Shown piece by piece: positions 62,501 through 64,000 of a DNA stretch of 64,000 nt. The stretch is from assembly GCA_002633005.1 (NCBI GenBank), contig NMRA01000209.1:186001-250000 (forward strand), read 5' to 3'. The stretch comes from Phoronis australis. Lineage: Eukaryota > Animalia > Phoronida. Made by a program: the position numbers and the translations under genes. Within the stretch, counting starts at the first letter, position 1. Every line of letters begins with the position of its first letter. The notes beneath the pieces are model-generated. The model did no database searches, had not been told where the DNA came from, and was given only the letters and a program-made list of their open reading frames with translations.

Positions 62501-63490
62501 TTGGTTACAGAAAATCACGTTTGACGGTCATAATAACTTGGCAACAGAAATAAACCTCGTTGAGGAAAAAAACAAAGGGCATTATCTGAAGAAATGACAA
62601 CTTAACAGTTCTTCTCAAAGAGAGATACCATTCCTGATCTCAACAAGCAAGACGATTTTTGAATTAACCAGAAAGTAGCCTAAATCAAAAGTTTTTTAAA
62701 TAGCTCGTTGATATCCTGCTTTTTGAGAGAGAGTGTTTAGTGTTATGTTTGGGAAACTTAAATTAGTCGGCACAAATAGATATTTTTGCCAATACATGCA
62801 GTGTAACAAAATTACTTTCTTATCACTTTTAAATAGTTTTCAAAATAATCGGGACAACGTCGAATTTTGACAAAGTTTCAACGCACAAAACCGGTGTAAA
62901 AATCCAGCGGCTCGGTAACGGAACCCGTTTCAATTCTCACCAAATCTTGACAACATTTCGTCAGTTGTTGTTCAATCCGCGTGATCGAAATCGCAAGTCC
63001 ATTTCATTATTAATCAGTTAACGGCCGGGCGCAATAACGTCTGCACAGTTTATTTTGAAAACTACTATACAAATTGTTCATGCACGAAACTGGTTAGAAT
63101 TCAGTATCGCCAGGACCTACACAAGGGTCTCGCTAAAATACAGCCAAAATCACGTGTTCTCATTTATAATACATGACAATATCTCACGTAATCTCGCGAA
63201 GTCTTGCTTTTAGCAAGGCCGTCGATCATGCCGGGTATTTGGATCAATAGTAACTCCGCTAATGTCATTCGTGCGCAATTTCTTTACAGAGTCCAGAGTT
63301 TCAAACAACGCCATTCAACCCACAAGAATTACGTATTCATCACAGAATAACTGCAGGGAAAAAGTGCTTCTTAATCAAGCTGAGGGAAACTTCAATAACA
63401 AAATTTCTAACAAAATTGAAGACTATTGCAACGGTGTCTTTTGCGAGGTGACTTCTGTCGAAATACATTGCATGGAAAATGTGGTTGAAG
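41055..63490 (+). CDS. SVEP1: SVEP1/polydom-like protein, 5' part (12 coding exons, about 845 codons; continues beyond the window)
   Basis: Signal peptide, then vWA with MIDAS ([12 protein letters not shown]...[10 protein letters not shown]...[15 protein letters not shown]...[19 protein letters not shown]), Cys-rich [12 protein letters not shown], ephrin-receptor-like CPSGTYK, three Sushi, two HYR and another Sushi. This is the SVEP1 N-terminal domain order. All introns are GT-AG with consistent phase. Confidence 0.93.
43655..44207. mobile_element. TTAA-flanked non-autonomous DNA element (Kolobok-like MITE)
   Basis: TTAA|AGAGTCCTGGAACGC ... GCGTTCCATGCCTCT|TTAA: 13/15 terminal inverted repeat with TTAA on both sides; a related end lies at about 47009-47040. 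Confidence 0.6.
44650..44783. repeat. Second dimer of the same hairpin unit (SVEP1 intron 1)
   Basis: Units 44650-44712 and 44715-44783 with the same termini and the AGCACTGAAA...CTATAGCCCCC core. Confidence 0.75.
46908..46972. repeat. Imperfect ~31-bp tandem repeat
   Basis: CCGAGACA.TACC...A.AAAATACCCACC x2. Confidence 0.55.
48540..48612 (-). pseudogene. tRNA-derived relic (SINE head or tRNA pseudogene, apparent anticodon GCG)
   Basis: 73 nt, minus strand GTCTGTTTTAGCTCTGCTAGCAAAGTGCCGGTCTGCGAATGCTGAAGTCGGAGGTTCGAATCTGTCTTGGGAC. It has tRNA spacing, an A-box-like TAGCTC and B-box GGTTCGAATC, but the stems are mispaired. Confidence 0.55.
52531..52786 (+). CDS. SVEP1: SVEP1-like coding exon 2 (vWA C-half)
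   Basis: Acceptor catttcag|; [29 protein letters not shown]...ALHE; donor G|GTAATC. Confidence 0.93.
54443..54596. mobile_element. hAT-like MITE, complete copy in SVEP1 intron 2
   Basis: Termini CAGTGCTGTAGTGG and CCACTAC(ACGG)AGCACTG; flanking 8-mers AACACGAG / AACACGAC (7/8 target-site duplication); a second copy lies at 38213. Confidence 0.75.
55155..55331 (+). CDS. SVEP1: SVEP1-like coding exon 3 (Cys-rich/EGF-like)
   Basis: Acceptor ccttcgtag|; [30 protein letters not shown]; donor G|GTACCG. Confidence 0.92.
55947..56111 (+). CDS. SVEP1: SVEP1-like coding exon 4 (ephrin-receptor-like Cys repeat)
   Basis: Acceptor atcttcag|; ACPSGTYK...CVKCPD...CVCKKGF; donor G|GTTAGT. Confidence 0.92.
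57247..57426 (+). CDS. SVEP1: SVEP1-like coding exon 5 (Sushi 1; different frame from the ORF track entry)
   Basis: Acceptor ctttcaag|; [59 protein letters not shown]; donor G|GTATGT. Confidence 0.92.
57652..57753. repeat. AT-rich inverted repeat in SVEP1 intron 5 (probable decayed MITE)
   Basis: TGGAATAA...ATTACAGTAATAATCGGACTT pairs with AAGTCCGATTTATTACTGTAAT...TTATTCCA. Confidence 0.65.
58310..58489 (+). CDS. SVEP1: SVEP1-like coding exon 6 (Sushi 2)
   Basis: Acceptor aattttcag|; [17 protein letters not shown]...[33 protein letters not shown]; donor G|GTAAGT. Confidence 0.92.
58806..59000 (+). CDS. SVEP1: SVEP1-like coding exon 7 (Sushi 3)
   Basis: Pyrimidine tract then gcaag|; [12 protein letters not shown]...[19 protein letters not shown]...W...PRCV; donor G|GTGAGA. 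Confidence 0.9.
59233..59392 (+). CDS. SVEP1: SVEP1-like coding exon 8 (HYR 1, N-part)
   Basis: Acceptor tttctag|; [13 protein letters not shown]...[14 protein letters not shown]; donor AA|GTAAGC, phase 2. Confidence 0.9.
59450..59786. mobile_element. Kolobok-like MITE in SVEP1 intron 8
   Basis: AGGGACACTAAACCCTG ... CAGGGTTTAGTGTCCT|TTAA terminal inverted repeats. Confidence 0.65.
60404..60492 (+). CDS. SVEP1: SVEP1-like coding exon 9 (HYR 1, C-part)
   Basis: Acceptor ttacttgcag|; [29 protein letters not shown]; donor G|GTATAT. Confidence 0.9.
61630..61869 (+). CDS. SVEP1: SVEP1-like coding exon 10 (HYR 2)
   Basis: Acceptor ctccgtag|; [10 protein letters not shown]...[13 protein letters not shown]...[19 protein letters not shown]; donor G|GTAAAT. 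Confidence 0.92.
62073..62261 (+). CDS. SVEP1: SVEP1-like coding exon 11 (Sushi 4)
   Basis: Acceptor gttttcag|; [17 protein letters not shown]...CEVACNENF...SCNEDNGVW...DCS; donor G|GTACAT. Confidence 0.88.
63290..63490 (+). CDS. SVEP1: SVEP1-like coding exon 12
   Basis: Acceptor tctttacag|; open frame [17 protein letters not shown]...[21 protein letters not shown]; donor G|GTAAGA; symmetric phase 1. Confidence 0.8.
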
Positions 63491-64000
63491 GTAAGATCTG
63501 CAACCTATTTGGGGAACTTTGAATGGAGAGACACGTGTACATGTACCTTTGTTTGGGTTTTCGCGTATACACGTCTCTTCTTGTAGACTGCATGTATTTG
63601 TACGTCTGTTGGTTTACGATTATATGGACTGATGTTTCTCGATGTACAACCTTGGAGGCAGTCATAACATAAATATATGTTTGAAGTATCAATTCCATAT
63701 ATTGTAAACCACAAAAAACCCAACCCCATCAGACTATCAGCTGTCAAAGTTGGCGCAAATACGGTCTAGCGATCTGTTAATTAGAGGATCTCGAGTTACG
63801 AGCCCTTATTGGTCGAAATTATACTACATGGAATCGGGACAACCAATCAAAGCATTAGTCATCCTCCTTTAACGTAAACACAAGGATTGGCATACTTGCC
63901 CTGATGACAAAACGTAGAATTTTACTGCTATTCTATGACGTGCAAATCTATTACAAATGTAGATGGTGTGTTATGTACTGACCACGGTGTCACATTTGTC

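Overview
Eukaryotic, intron-rich genomic DNA of about 40% GC with no obvious CpG depletion. It is most likely a marine invertebrate bilaterian, but the species cannot be determined from the sequence. Two multi-exon + strand genes can be rebuilt by hand with GT-AG boundaries and consistent phases. (1) A complete NACHT and WD-repeat protein of the NWD1/NWD2 family: 7 coding exons, 23830-36826, 1833 aa, a 4.2 kb last exon, ending in a CaaX box (CAIM*). (2) The first 12 coding exons of an SVEP1/polydom-like gene (41055-63490; signal peptide, vWA, Cys-rich, Sushi x3, HYR x2, Sushi), continuing past the window. A third candidate is a 165-aa orphan ORF (18409-18906) behind a strong splice acceptor, ending in a CtBP-type PLDLR motif, with a possible CCAAT/E-box/X-box promoter at about 14.1 kb. 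The rest is intergenic or intronic DNA with a fossil hAT-type transposase, several MITE-like elements, a tRNA-derived relic, short tandem duplications and a marked excess of the palindrome TACATGTA. No rRNA, CRISPR or prokaryotic features are present, and most short ORFs in the track are spurious. I found no clearly new biological system; the best leads are the orphan PLDLR protein and the probably prenylated NACHT-WD40 protein.
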